This document shows, piece by piece, positions 39,601 through 53,029 of a stretch of 55,975 nt of DNA. The position numbers and the translations under genes are program-made. The stretch is from Welwitschia mirabilis (lineage: Eukaryota), in the NCBI GenBank assembly GCA_051453625.1, contig JBOZIK010000001.1, positions 14,623,232 through 14,679,206 of the forward strand. The letters run 5' to 3'. The notes beneath the pieces were generated by a model, which did no database searches, was not told the origin of the DNA, and saw nothing but the letters and a program-made list of their open reading frames with translations. Positions within the stretch are counted from its first letter, which is position 1; each line of letters begins with the position of its first letter.

Positions 39601-40099
39601 CAAGAAACCCATTCCCCTTATCATCTTTTCATTTCTTTCCATCTTTTATATTCTCTTTGAACAATTAGTAAGAAGATTCATGGAAATCCAAGTTCAACTT
39701 AATCATAATCATGAATAAATGCTAAAGTAACATTTCTCCTTATTAAAAGACCTCAAATAAAATGCTCAATCTATCACTTAAGTTATCCAACAAGTCTAGT
39801 AAAGCCAAATCCAAATTCCTCCCATTCTAAACCAAAGCAAAATATGTAAACTTTTCATGATCTCTTAACCAAATCCAAAACAAGTTAGGTTTACAAAAGG
39901 GGTACAACCCACACACATAGAAGAGACTAGTTCATTTACCTTAGAAGTGGAAAAGAATTTGATACTCCACTTGTGTAAAATAAAACCAAGGAAAAATTAA
40001 TCCCATAGAAAATAAGAAAAAAAATTAAATAATAAAATAACACTTGCCTATATATAAAGAGTCCCTACCTTTTTCCTAATAGCTTAGGAAGAATAATAT

Positions 40100-43000
40100 T
40101 ATGAAAAGACAATTAAAGGCTTTAGAGATTTTTAAGTAATTTAAGATAAATACCTCTCTCTTAGAAGCCAATAAGTAGATTTGTTCCTAGGCAAAATTCC
40201 TTGAGGACATGTACATGGGAAATAGATGCATGAACATAAAGATAAAAGCCTTTTTGGCTTAGAAAATAAGTGTAATCCTTTAAAATTAGTTTTCACCCAA
40301 ATATAAAAACCCTAAATCTCCTATAATCATAATCACCATATAAAATAAGCAACTTAACCAAGCCTTATCAGACTTAGGAGCTAGTGAAGACTTGCTACCT
40401 TAGACAACCTTTAAAAAGTTAGGCTTGGAGGAACTTAAAAATATAAAACTCTAATTGGAGATAGTTAATAATTCTATAAAGATGCTACTATGGGTTATAG
40501 AGAATGTCATTACGAGGATAGATAGCTATTACTTCTTAATATATTTTGTATTTTTTGACATGGAAATCACAATGAACCAATTAGTACCTATCATTTTAGG
40601 AATATCTTTCCTAGTGACTTCAAATACTTTAATTAATTATAGGAATGATTCAAGAAAAATATCTTTTAGCAACATGATAAAAGAATTAAATGTTTTCAAT
40701 ATGGATAGAATAGAAAACATTTTAGATAATGAAGATTCCTCCACATATCGTTATAAGAATGAATAATTAGACTTTCTGCAAGAGAAATAATCATATACTT
40801 AAGATTAAACAAAATGCCTTAAATATGCTTTCTTAGAAAAAAAATTATACCTTTCTACTAGTGATCAATTATTTCTTAACATTATCCCAAGAAATTGGGT
40901 TGCTAAATATTTTAAGAAAGTATAAGTAAGAAATAATATGAGCTCTTTTTGATATTAAGGGAATTAACTCTAGCATTTTCATGCATCAGATTTACTTAAA
41001 AGAAAATGCAAGGTTATCTATAGGAGCCCAAAGAAGGATAAACTAATCTTAAAGTAGGTAGTAAAAAATAAAGTAATCAAACTCTCAAATAATATAATTA
41101 TCTATCCCATCATAGATAATAAATGAATAAGTCTAACCCAGACTATATCAAAGACATTTGGAGTTAGCCTAATTACTAATGAATACAACTAAATCATCCT
41201 TACTAAATCTACAATCAAATGGAAAACATGCATAGATTATAGAAAATTAAATGCAATGTTAAGAAAAGATTACTTACCACTTCCATTTTCTAATTAGATC
41301 TTAGAACAACTTGTGAGACATCCTTTTTACTACTTTATAGATGGGTATTTAGGATATAAATAAATACAATCATCCATGAGGACTAATATGAAACCATCTT
41401 CACCTGCTCTTATAAAAATTTTCCTTATAGAAATATTTCTTATGGGTTATGAAATGTGTCGCTAATATTTTAGCATTACATGATTGATAGTTTCATTGAT
41501 TTATTAAACCCATGCACTAAAATATTTATGGATGATTTCTTTATATAAGAGGCTTATTTCAACCATTTTTTGCATGATTTAGAGCTTGTCCTTATGTGAT
41601 GCATAGAAAAATTCCTTATTCTCAATTGGAAAATATGTTAGTCTATGGTTAATAAAGGCATAGTATTAGGACACATTATCTCTTTTAAAGGAATTCAAGT
41701 TGATCCTATGAAAGTTTCTATAGTAACATACCTTCTAACTCCATAAAAGCAGAAATACATTAGATCCTTTCTAGGTGCACAAGATATTATAGAATATTTA
41801 TTAAATATTTTAGTAAAATCCCTAAATCATTATGTAAAATTCTAAAAAAAATGCCTTTTTTAATTGGATCCCCAAGTATCAGCAAGATTTTAAATAACCT
41901 AAAAAAAAACTTACTTCCATTCATGTCATTCAACCATCTAATTGGAAGTTATCTTTTGAACTTATATGTGATTCTAGTGATTATGTAGTTGAAGTCATGN
42001 NNNNNNNNNNNNNNNNNNNNNNNNNNNNNNNNNNNNNNNNNNNNNNNNNNNNNNNNNNNNNNNNNNNNNNNNNNNNNNNNNNNNNNNNNNNNNNNNNNNT
42101 TAGACTTCAAAGCTAGTGCAAACTTGCTACCTTAGACAACCTTCAAAAAGCTAGGCTTGAAAGAACTTAAAAATATAAAACTCTAATTGGAGATAGTCAA
42201 TTATTCTATAAAGACACTACTATGGGTTATAGAGAATTTCATTATTAGGATAGATAGCTATTATGTCTTAATATATTTTGTAGTTTTTGACATGCAAAGC
42301 ACAATGAACCAATCAATACCTATCATTTTAGGAAGATATTCCTAGTGACTTTAAATAATTTAATTAATTAAATGAATGATTCAAGGAAAATATCTTTTAG
42401 TAACATGATAAAAGAATTAAATGTTTTCAATGCCATGAAATTTCCATCTAATAATGAAGGAGTAGAATATGTGGATAATATAGAAAACATTTTAGATAAT
42501 GAAGAATCCTTCATATATCTTTATAAGAATGAATACTTAAACTTTCTACAAGAGAAATAATCATACACTTAAGATGAAATCTCTATTGAAATTAAGCCTC
42601 TTCCAAAAGGCCTTAAATATGCTTTCTTAAAAGAAAATTAATACCCTTATACTAGTGATTAATTATTCCTTAAATTTATCCTAAGAAATTAGGTTGCTAA
42701 ATGTTTTAAGAAAGTATAAGTAGGTAATAAGATGAACTCTTTTGATGTTAACGGAATTAACTCTAGCATTTGCATGCATCATATTTACTTAGAAAAAAAT
42801 GAAAGGTGATCTATAGGATTCCAAAGAAGGATAAACCCAATCTTGAAGTAGGTAATAAAAAAATAAAGTAATCAAATTCTCAAATAATAGAATTATCTAC
42901 CCCCTCATAGATAATAAACGAATAAGGCTAATCCAAACTATAGCAAAGAAATTTAGAATTAGTCTAATTACAAATGAATACAACTAAATCATCCTCACTA

Positions 43001-46000
43001 AACCTACAATCAAATGGAAAACATGCATAGATTATAGAAAATTAAATGCCATCTTAAGAAAAGATTACTTCTCACTTCCATTTTTTGATTAAATCTTAGA
43101 AAAACTTGTGAGACATACTTTTTACTACTTTATAGATGGGTATTCAGGATATAACTAAATACAATCATCCTTGAGAACTAATATGAAATCATCTCCACCT
43201 GCTCTTATGGAAATTCTCCTTTATTATGGGTTATGTAATGTGTTGACAATATTTTACCATTACATAATTGGTAGTTTCTCTGATTTATTAAACTCATGCA
43301 CTAAAATATTTATGAATGATTTCTTTATATATGAGGCTTATTTCATCCATTGTTTGCATGTTTTAGAGCTTGTCCTTATGTGATGCATAGAAAAATGTAT
43401 TACTCTTAGTTGGAAAATATTTTACTCTATGGTTAATAAAGGCATAGTGTTAGGACACACTGTCTCTTTTAAAGGAATTCTAGTTGATCCTATAAAAGTT
43501 TCTTTAGTAACATACCTGCTAACTCCATAAAAGCAAAAAGACATTAGATGCTTTCTAGGATGCACAAGATATTATAGAATATTTATTAAATATTTTAGGA
43601 AAAATATCTAAATCATTATGTAGACTTCTAAGAAAATATGCTTTTTTTAATTGAATCACCAAGTGTTAACAAGATTTTAAATAACCCAAGAAAAAACTTA
43701 ATTCCATTCATGTCATTCAACCATCCAATTGAAAGTTATCTTTTGAACCTATACGTGATTCTAGTGATTATGTAGTTGAAGTTATGATAGGACAAAGGAT
43801 AGATAGAAAACCAATTATAATCTATTACTATAGTAAAATGTTAAACAATACTTAATTGAATTACACCATCATAGAAAAAGGGCTACTAGTTATAGTCTTT
43901 ACCTTAGAGAAATTTAGGTAACATTTGTTAGGTTTTAAGGTAATTATTTATACAAGCCACTTAATCCTTAGATACCTATTCATTAAAAAGGATTCCAATC
44001 CTATATTAATTAAGCAAATCTTATTTTTTACAGGAGTTTAACTTAGAAAATAAAAACAAAAGGATCTTTGATAATTTAGTTGTAGATCATCTTTTATGGA
44101 TATGAACATCCCTTTCCAATAATGATACCTTCCCTGATGAACACCTCTTCTTAGTTTTGCAAATACCTTGGTTCATCAATATTAGAAAATTCTTAATTAC
44201 CAAGATCATTTCTTCTCATTGGATCTTTAATAATAGAGAGAGATTCTTAAGTCGAGCTAAGTACATCTTTTGGGATAGTCCATATTTGTTTAAGTATTAC
44301 TAGATTAAGTTATCTATAAATGTATTCCTTAATCTAAAATATATAACATTCTTAAGCATTATCATTATGAGGCCTGTGATGGCCATTATTTTGCTAATAA
44401 AACTACTAAGAAAATCCCTTAATCTAATTTCTATTGATCATCCACTTTAAAGACTTTTATATCTATTGCAAATATTACAACAATTATTAAAAATTTAGTA
44501 GTCTTTTATGAAATCATATGATGCCTTTAAAACTTATTCTCATCTTTAAACCCTTTGATATTTGGATATTAATTTTGAAGTCCCATGTGCATCCTCAAAT
44601 GGAAATCATTATAGTCTCATCTACATTGATTATGTAATTAAATGAGTAGAAGAATATGCATATCTACCAAACGATGCTCAAATAGTGGTAAAGTTCCTTA
44701 AGGAAAAAATCCTAATGTAATTTGGTTATCTTTGAGTTTTAATTAGCAAAGAAGAAACTCACTTTTATAATAGAAAATGTAATAATGTTATCATTATGTC
44801 TGAGTTCACTAGTAAAATTGCAACATCCTATCATCCCTAATTGGGTAGTCAATTTGAGATTACAAATAGAAAAATTAAAAAAGTTTTACAAAAGTTAGTA
44901 AACTAAACTAGAAAATATTGATCTTTTAAGCTTAATGACATTTTATGTACCTATCAAACAGCTCACAAAACAACTTTAGGAATGTCCCCATTTATATTAG
45001 TATATGGAAAATTTTATTATTTAGCCATAGAACTTGAAAAAAAAAGCATATTTATTAGTTAAAGACATGAATTTAGATCTGGAGTTAGTAAANNNNNNNN
45101 NNNNNNNNNNNNNNNNNNNNNNNNNNNNNNNNNNNNNNNNNNNNNNNNNNNNNNNNNNNNNNNNNNNNNNNNNNNNNNNNNNNNNNNNNNNNCAACATAG
45201 AAAAAGAGCTACTTGTTATAGTCTTTACCTTAGAGAAATTTAGGTAACATCTGTTAGGTTTTAAGATAATTATTTATACAAACCACTTAAACCTTAGATA
45301 CCTATTAATTAAAAAGGATTCAAAACCTAGATTAGTTAGGCAAATCTTATTTTTATAGAAGTTTAACTCAGAAAGTAAAAACAAAAGGAGCTTTGGTAAT
45401 TTAGTTACAGATCATCTTTTATGGATAATGTAGAACAATCTATGAACATTCCTTTCCTTTAATGATACCTTCCCTAGTGAACACATCTTCTTAGTTTTGT
45501 AAATACTTTGGTTTATCAATATTACAAAATTCATAATTTCCAAGACCATTTCTTCTAATTGGATTTTTAATAATAGAGAGAGATTTTTAAGTCAAGCTAA
45601 ATACCTCTTTTGGAATAGTCCATATTTATTTAAGTATTACTAGATTAAGTTATCTATAAATGTATCCCTTAATCTAAAATATACAACATTCTTAAGCATT
45701 ACCATTATGAGGCTTATGGTGGCCATTATTTTACTAATAAAAATACTAAGAAAATCCCTTAATCTAATTTCTATTGATCATCCACTTTTAAAGACTTTTA
45801 TATCTATTGCAAATATTACAACAATTATTAAAAATTTGGTAGTCTTTTATGAAATCATATGATGCCTCTAAAACTTATTCTCATCCTTAAATCCTTTGAT
45901 ATTTGGATATTAATGTTTAAGGACCATGTGCATCCTCAAATGGAAATCATTATAGTCTCATCTACACTAGTTATGTAATTAAATGAGTAGAAGAATATGC

Positions 46001-46750
46001 ATATCTACCAAACGATGCCCAAATAGTGGTAGAGTTCCTTAAGAAAAACATCCTAATGTAATTTGGTTATCCTTGAGTTTTAATTAGCAAATAAGGAACT
46101 AACTTTTATAATATAAAATGTAATAATCTTATCATTATGTATGAATTCACTAGTAAAATTGCAACATCCTACCATCCCTAATTGGGTAGTCAATTTGAGG
46201 TTACAAATAGAAAAATTAAAAAAAAAAATTCAAAAGTTAGTAAACTAAACTAGAAAATATTAATCTTTTAAGCTTAATGACATTTTATATACCTATCAAA
46301 CAGCTCATAAGAAAACTTTAGGAACGTTCCCATTTATATTAGTATATGGAAAATTTTATTATTTACCCATAGAACTTGAAAAAAAAAGCATATTTATTAG
46401 TTAAAAACATGAATTTAGATCTAGAGTTAGTAAAGAAGAAAAGGGTCATACAACTTAATGAATTACATGAAATCAAGAAAAACACCTATGAAATCATGAA
46501 TATCAATAAAGAAAGGATGAAAAATTTTCATAATTAAAACATCCTTAGAAAAATGTTTAAAGAAATAAAACTAATTTTCCTCTATAATTCTTGATTACAT
46601 TTATTCCCAAGAAAATTAGCCTCTAAGGGGAAAGGTCCATTTCTAATGAGAAAGATTTTACCTAATGGTATGTTTCTAATTAAAAATACTAAAAATCACT
46701 AACATTTCAAAGTCAATGAAGATCATTTTAAACATTACCATCTATCCATA
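40100..46750 (+). pseudogene. pol: Athila-like pol pseudogene: protease, RT, RNase H, integrase (40370-41999 repeated at 42100-43785; 43870-45092 repeated at 45193-46435)
   Basis: ALSDLGAS; WKTCIDYRKLNAMLRKDYLPLPF; DGYLGY; IFMDDF; FELICDSSDYVV; NYTIIEKGLL; HYEACDGHY; TSYHP; LYNS*LHLFPRKLASKGKGPF. Confidence 0.92.
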
Positions 46751-46869
46751 TCCCAATGAGTTATGAATTTATAATATTCATAGATGTAGGTTAATGGCCT
46801 TTGAATAAAAATTAAAAATAACTAATCTCCTTGCTGCCTAAATAATGTTTATAATTAAGTATACTTATA

Positions 46870-47300
46870 TGTTTTTAAGGAAGAGTGACACTATCATTAA
46901 AATCATACTTACTTAAGATCTTTAATTTTAGTAAAACATGGTTGAAAAAGGTGGAATCTATCCTCATAGTATGTTCCTTATGTTTAAATATTTTGAAGGG
47001 AACAAGATTTTTCTTAATTAACCTAGTGATGCAACGACCCCTATAATATGCATAAAAAATAGATATAAGAAGAAAAACTAAAGAAAAATATAATTTCTTC
47101 TTCCAATGCACATCTCATAATCACTTAATTAGGTTTTTTTAACTACATCAGGGATATGGACACTCACTAACAATGTATCTCTAATGATCTAATTACAACA
47201 TATTCAATTGCATCAAGGCTATAAACACTCATTAATGATGCAAAGCTAATTTCTTTATAAAACGACATGCTTAACCTTATTAGATGAAAATTTTATAACA
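46870..47300 (+). pseudogene. Possible remnant of the Athila env-like/extra ORF (second copy ~47700-48135)
   Basis: It lies downstream of the integrase and shows coding-like MV(E/D)KGGIYPH(S/N)MFLMFKYFEGNKIFL. The resemblance is weak. Confidence 0.3.
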
Positions 47301-48408
47301 TTGCATGTGTAATATGATTCAAAGGCTCAAAACAAAGCACATATATGTTGGTAGAAAAGGAAAATAAAGGAAAGAAAAAGGTGAGAATCAGATGCCTTCT
47401 GTGTTTTATTATCTTTTAACTTTCATACCTGAGATTTTCTATGATTTCTTAAATTCTTATAAGCTACTCATTTTATAATATGCTTTGTTGATATTAAGAT
47501 CTAATAAAAATACAAAAAACATAATAAGGATCCTNNNNNNNNNNNNNNNNNNNNNNNNNNNNNNNNNNNNNNNNNNNNNNNNNNNNNNNNNNNNNNNNNN
47601 NNNNNNNNNNNNNNNNNNNNNNNNNNNNNNNNNNAGAATAAGTGATCTCATCACCACCTAAATAATGGTTACAATTAAGTATACTTATATGTTTTTAAGA
47701 AAGAGTTACACTATTTTAAGTTAAATTATTAAAATCATACTTACTTAAGATATTTAATTTTAGTAAAACATGGTTGACAAAGGTGGAATCTATTCTCATA
47801 ATATGTTCCTTATGTTTAAATATTTTGAAGGGAACAAGATTTTTCTTGATTATCCTAGTGATACAATGACCCCTATAATGTGCATAAAAAATAGACATAA
47901 GAAGAAAACAAAAGGAAAATATAATTTCTTCTCTAGATGCACATCTCACTAATCACTTAATTAGGTTTGTTAACTACATCGGGTATATGGACGCTCACTG
48001 ACAATGTATATCTATTGATCTAATTACAACATAATCAATTGCATCAAGGCTATAAATACTCATTAGTGATGAAAAGCTAATTTTATCATAAAACAACATG
48101 TTTAACCTTATTGGATGAAAATTTTATAACATTGCATGTGCAATGTAATTCAAAGATTCAAAACAAAGCACATAGATGTTGGGAGAAAAGTAAAATAAAG
48201 GAAAGAAAAAGATGAAAATCAGAGGCCTTCTATGTTTTATTATCTTTTAACTTTCATACTTGAGACTTTCTATGATTTCTTAAATTCTTATAAGGTACTC
48301 ATTTTAAAATATGCTTAGTTGATATTAAGATCTAATAAAAGTATAAAAAACATAATAAGGATCCTTAACTTAGGTAGGTTCATGTTTCATTGCCAACTTG
48401 CATGTACT

Positions 48409-49558
48409 TGATAGGGTAATTTAAGTAGTTTCATAAGATATTAGATTAGTTAATGCTTGATTTCTATGATAATAGAGAGCTAGGATGAAAGATACAAAAA
48501 CATGCATTATTCATATCATTTTGTATCATTTAAAGTAGTTTATAATATTCCTTATTTTGAAGTAAACTTCCTGTAAATATTAAGGCTGATGCATTACATG
48601 AACACTTATAGAAAGCCTATCGCTCACCACATCATCCAGATAACTGTACAGATAATAGAATAATTAAAGCTAATTAGGATGCTAAATGGAATCAATTTGG
48701 TAGATTATATGAAATTCTTATGATATGGCATCATTCCCTATATCATCTAGACAACCATCAGGACAACATCTATTATAACACTCCACTAAACTTTACCTAA
48801 CATTTATCTTTATATTTCTTATGTTATTATTAAGAGTTATACCTGCACCTTTTTATCTTATTTATTTTTTTATGAGTCTATTTATCAATAAGTACTAGCT
48901 CCACCCTTAACTCCTGCTTTTCTTTAGTTGCATAAGAAATTCTTATGACAAGAGATTGAAGGACTAGAGATTTATTTATTATAGTTATAGAGATATGTCT
49001 TTCTTTGTGCTAACTTCTGCTTCCTTCATTGAAGTGCAACTACTTTATAACATGGATGTTAGTTCAACACTAATCAAAGAACTCTTTTCTATTTTTCTAT
49101 GCTTATTGTGTTACTTATCGCTCATAGTTTATATTTCTTCTGATTCTATGATAACTTCTTAAGTGATATAGGTTATGAGGAAAAATTTGTCAAGATTTAG
49201 CATTGTTAGTTTAGGCGCATTGTCTTTTTCTTTTCTAAATTAACTTTGCATATGTGTATTTGCATTGTGATTTTTTACATTGCATTCTATTTCTACTATT
49301 AAAATACATAAGTGTTTCTTCTTAAAATAAATTCTCTTTCTTTTAGCCTGGGCCTTTAATAGATTATGACATTCAAGTACACTCCCATCTATATTATTAT
49401 TTTGTGTTATGTAAAATTTATATTTATTTGTAAATAATAAGATCTTCTTAGAAGCATAATATTTGCACAAATACACACTGTAACATCTTAGCATCATTGC
49501 TAGGAAAGCTACTTGGAGTTTGAAGATTATCATTGCTCAAGTGAGTGTTTGGATATCA
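48409..49558 (+). repeat. 5' LTR (1150 bp), with a partial diverged copy at 50059-50680
   Basis: TGATA at 48409 and TATCA ending at 49558 form a 5-bp terminal inverted repeat. It is followed by a gtttg(g)-type decayed PBS. Confidence 0.65.
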
Positions 49559-51339
49559 GTTTGTATTTTTTCCTATAGTAGCACTATATTTTGGTTACAT
49601 TAACATAGGTTTTTCTTTTTTTGGTTTATGTTTTTGAATTTTAAAATAAGCACCTTGTTGTCTGCTTTATCATCTAAATGACGTATGATGATAACAGTCT
49701 TTACCTTAAGCTTATTTTAGTTTTTTATTTTCTTAAAAAATTAGGATTTTCCTATCGTCCCCTTCATCGTTTAGATGAATCAAAACAATGACAGTTAGTT
49801 TTTAGTGTTTTCTGTGTCTATTATTTCATACTTCTATTTTCTGCATTTTTCTTTTTTTATGTTTTCTATTGTCCATACTATCGTTTGGAAGACCATAATA
49901 ATAACATGTACTAAACATCAAAATAGAGCATGCTAGGATATGATAAAATCTAGTAAGANNNNNNNNNNNNNNNNNNNNNNNNNNNNNNNNNNNNNNNNNN
50001 NNNNNNNNNNNNNNNNNNNNNNNNNNNNNNNNNNNNNNNNNNNNNNNNNNNNNNNNNNTTATTATAGTTATAAGGGATATGTTTATAAGAGATTTATTTA
50101 TTATAGTTATAGAGATATGTCTTCCTTTATGCTAACTTTTGCTTCCTTCATTGAAGTGAAACTACTTTATAACATGGATTTTAGTTCAAAACTAATCAAA
50201 TAACTCTTTTCTATTTTTCTATGCTTATTATGTTACTTATCCCTCATAGTTTATATTGCTTCTGATTCTGTGATAACTTCTTAAGTGATATAGGCTATGA
50301 GGCAAACTTTGTCAAGATTTATAATTATTATTTTAGGTGCATTGTATTTTTCTTTTCTAAATTAACTTTGCATAAGTGTATTTGCATTGTGATTTTTTAC
50401 ATTGCATTCTATTTCTACTGTTAAAATACATAAGTGTTTCTTCTTAAAATAAATTCTCTTTCTTCTAGCTTGGGACTTCAATAGATTATGACATTTAAGT
50501 CCACTCTCATCTATATTAGTATGTTGTGTTGTGCAAAATTTATATTTATCTATAAATAATAATATCTTCTTAGAAGCATAATGTTTGCACAAATATGCAC
50601 TGTAACATCTTAGCATCATTGCTAGGAAGGCTACTTGGAGTTTAAACATTATCATTGCTCAAGTGAGTGTTTAGATATTAGTTTGGATGTTTTCTTATAG
50701 TAGCACTATATTTTTATTTACATTAACATAGGTTTTTCTTTTCGTGATTTATGTTTTTAAATGTTGAAATAAGCACCTTATTATCTGCTTCATCATCTAG
50801 ATGACGTATGATGATAATAGTCTTTGTACCTTAAGCTTATTTTACTTTTTTATTTTCTTAAAAAATTAGGATTTTCCTATCATTCCCTTTATCATCTAGA
50901 TGAATCAGAAGAATAACAGTCAGTTTTTACTGTTTTCTATGTCTGTTATTTCACACTTCTATTTTCTGCATTTTTCTTTTTTTATGTTTTCTATGTTTTC
51001 TATTGTCTAGACTATCGTCTAGATTACCACAATAACAACATGCACTAAACATCAAAATAGAGCATGCTAGGATATGATAAAATCTAGTAAGAAAAAAAAA
51101 TAGATAGAGTGGCTATTTATATAGGAAAACATCTAAGAAGATTTAATTAGCTTTGAATTTAACTCAGGTATGCATACTAAAGGTATGCAAGTTTTAAAAA
51201 TTTTAGAAATTTCTACATTTATTACTTTAGAATAGGATTTTATGAAATAAAATCTTTTAGAAAATTTTTTTGGTGATAGTTTAAAATAAAATCATTTTTT
51301 AATATATCTAATTAGTCGCAAAAGCAAAAGCAAGTCACT

Positions 51340-52450
51340 TTGCTTAATCTGTCCCTTATTATTAGAACCCTTATGAATACATCCATAAATTCCAATGCTA
51401 ATTTCATCCTTACAGAGCTTATTGCTAATAAAAAATATGAAATCCAAATCCCTTTCGATTTACCTCTTGGTGATGATTTTGAACTTAGAAATTTAAATTC
51501 TTATTTTATTTTTAGTGGTGAACATGCCAAAGATCCTTTACAACACATTACCAACGTCAAATAGTTAATACTTAATTTTGAGAATGGTAATAAAAGAATA
51601 AATGATATAACTTATAGGGTAATTTTTTCCATTACTTTAAAAGGTAAAGCTATAATTTGGTTAAGAACAATTCCACATAAGAGTCTAAAAATATAAAATC
51701 AAGTTCAAAGAGCTTTCATTAAGAGATTGATAAGTGAAACTACGATTAAAAATATGTAAAAAAGAAGTAACTAACTTTTAATAATATCCAACCTATGAGA
51801 GATTTTTTATTGCTTTACATTTGAATCCTATAAATTTTTTTTCTTAAGAAGAATTGGTAGACTATTTTTATAGTAAACTCAACAATCAACCTAAGCAACT
51901 TGTTAGCTTTCTATGTGGAAGAAATTTGATGAATCATACATTAGAAAATGCTTGAAGAGTGTTGAAAGAATCAGTAAAAGTAATTCAAACTTGGCCTAAA
52001 CCCTCACCTGGAGAAAATTAAATAGTAGATTAAGTCATTAAAGTTCTTAAAGAAGTTAAACAAAAGAAGAAGGAATTAAAGATTGAAAAACAACTAACTA
52101 ATGTCATTAAGGATTTTACCTCAACTTTAGAAAAGTACACTCAGATAATTTTAGATGCAAAGGTGGCANNNNNNNNNNNNNNNNNNNNNNNNNNNNNNNN
52201 NNNNNNNNNNNNNNNNNNNNNNNNNNNNNNNNNNNNNNNNNNNNNNNNNNNNNNNNNNNNNNNNNNNNCCTCAACTTTAGAAAAGTACACTCAGATAATT
52301 TTAGATGCAAAGGTGGCAACATAGAAGAGTATGGTTGTAGCTTCAACTTATGATTTATGCAAAAATAACTATCACATGATAAAAGAGTATTCTTTGTTTT
52401 CAACATATAGAGAAAGAATTTATAAATAGGTATGTGCTTTTAACTAAAGG
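51340..52450 (+). pseudogene. gag: Gypsy gag pseudogene
   Basis: DDFELRN..FSGEHAKDPLQHI (FxGxxxEDPxxH) and IFSITLKGKAIIWLRTIP (LFPFSLxGxAxxWL). Confidence 0.75.
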
Positions 52451-53029
52451 ACTTCAAAGTTTAATCAAAATCAAAACCAAAGTCAAATCCAAAATTAAAA
52501 TAACATTTAATCTAGGGTGAATGAACAATTAAATTTTAAAAATTTTTAAATAAATCATCCTATTTCTAACTATTTAGAAAGATATCTGAGAATATAGATT
52601 TCTAATCAAATAACTCTAATAATCAAGCAAGCTCGTCCAACTTACAAACTTAAAGTAATCCACTTAGAAATTCTATTAATGAGTTTAACATTAAAAATCT
52701 TGTGAGTANNNNNNNNNNNNNNNNNCTTTCTAAATAAAAACATAAGTGTTAGTTATCACACAACCTCTACCAAACCCAAATGATATTAAGAAAGATTATA
52801 ATATTGTGATAAGAAGTATAAATGAGACAACACCTCCTACCCATGATGCTTAAACATCTCAAAGTGATAAAGATGTGAAAAAGAATATATAGAAATCTTA
52901 GAAAATTATTTTCTCTTTTCCTTTAAGCAATAAAAAGAAAAATTATTCTCATACAAAAGGTAAGAACCCTACTACCTTTTGACTTTATAGATTAAACACA
53001 AGTCCTATCTTTGATGAACTTTTAAAAGC

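Larger units (their letters stand above)
32571..48408 (+). mobile_element. Athila-like Gypsy element (5' LTR, PBS, gag, PR-RT-RH-INT, 3' region); 3' LTR not in the window
   Basis: Gypsy domain order, Athila-type motifs and a decayed tRNA-Asp-type PBS. It begins where the Copia RT breaks off. Confidence 0.85.

Noticed and set aside
46875..47949. Paired antisense 77-78 aa ORFs
   Set aside because: No recognisable domain; the pairing is explained by the duplicated segment.
52119..52318. Identical ~50-bp direct repeat on either side of a gap
   Set aside because: An exact contig-end overlap (negative gap), so an assembly artefact, unlike the diverged duplicates elsewhere.
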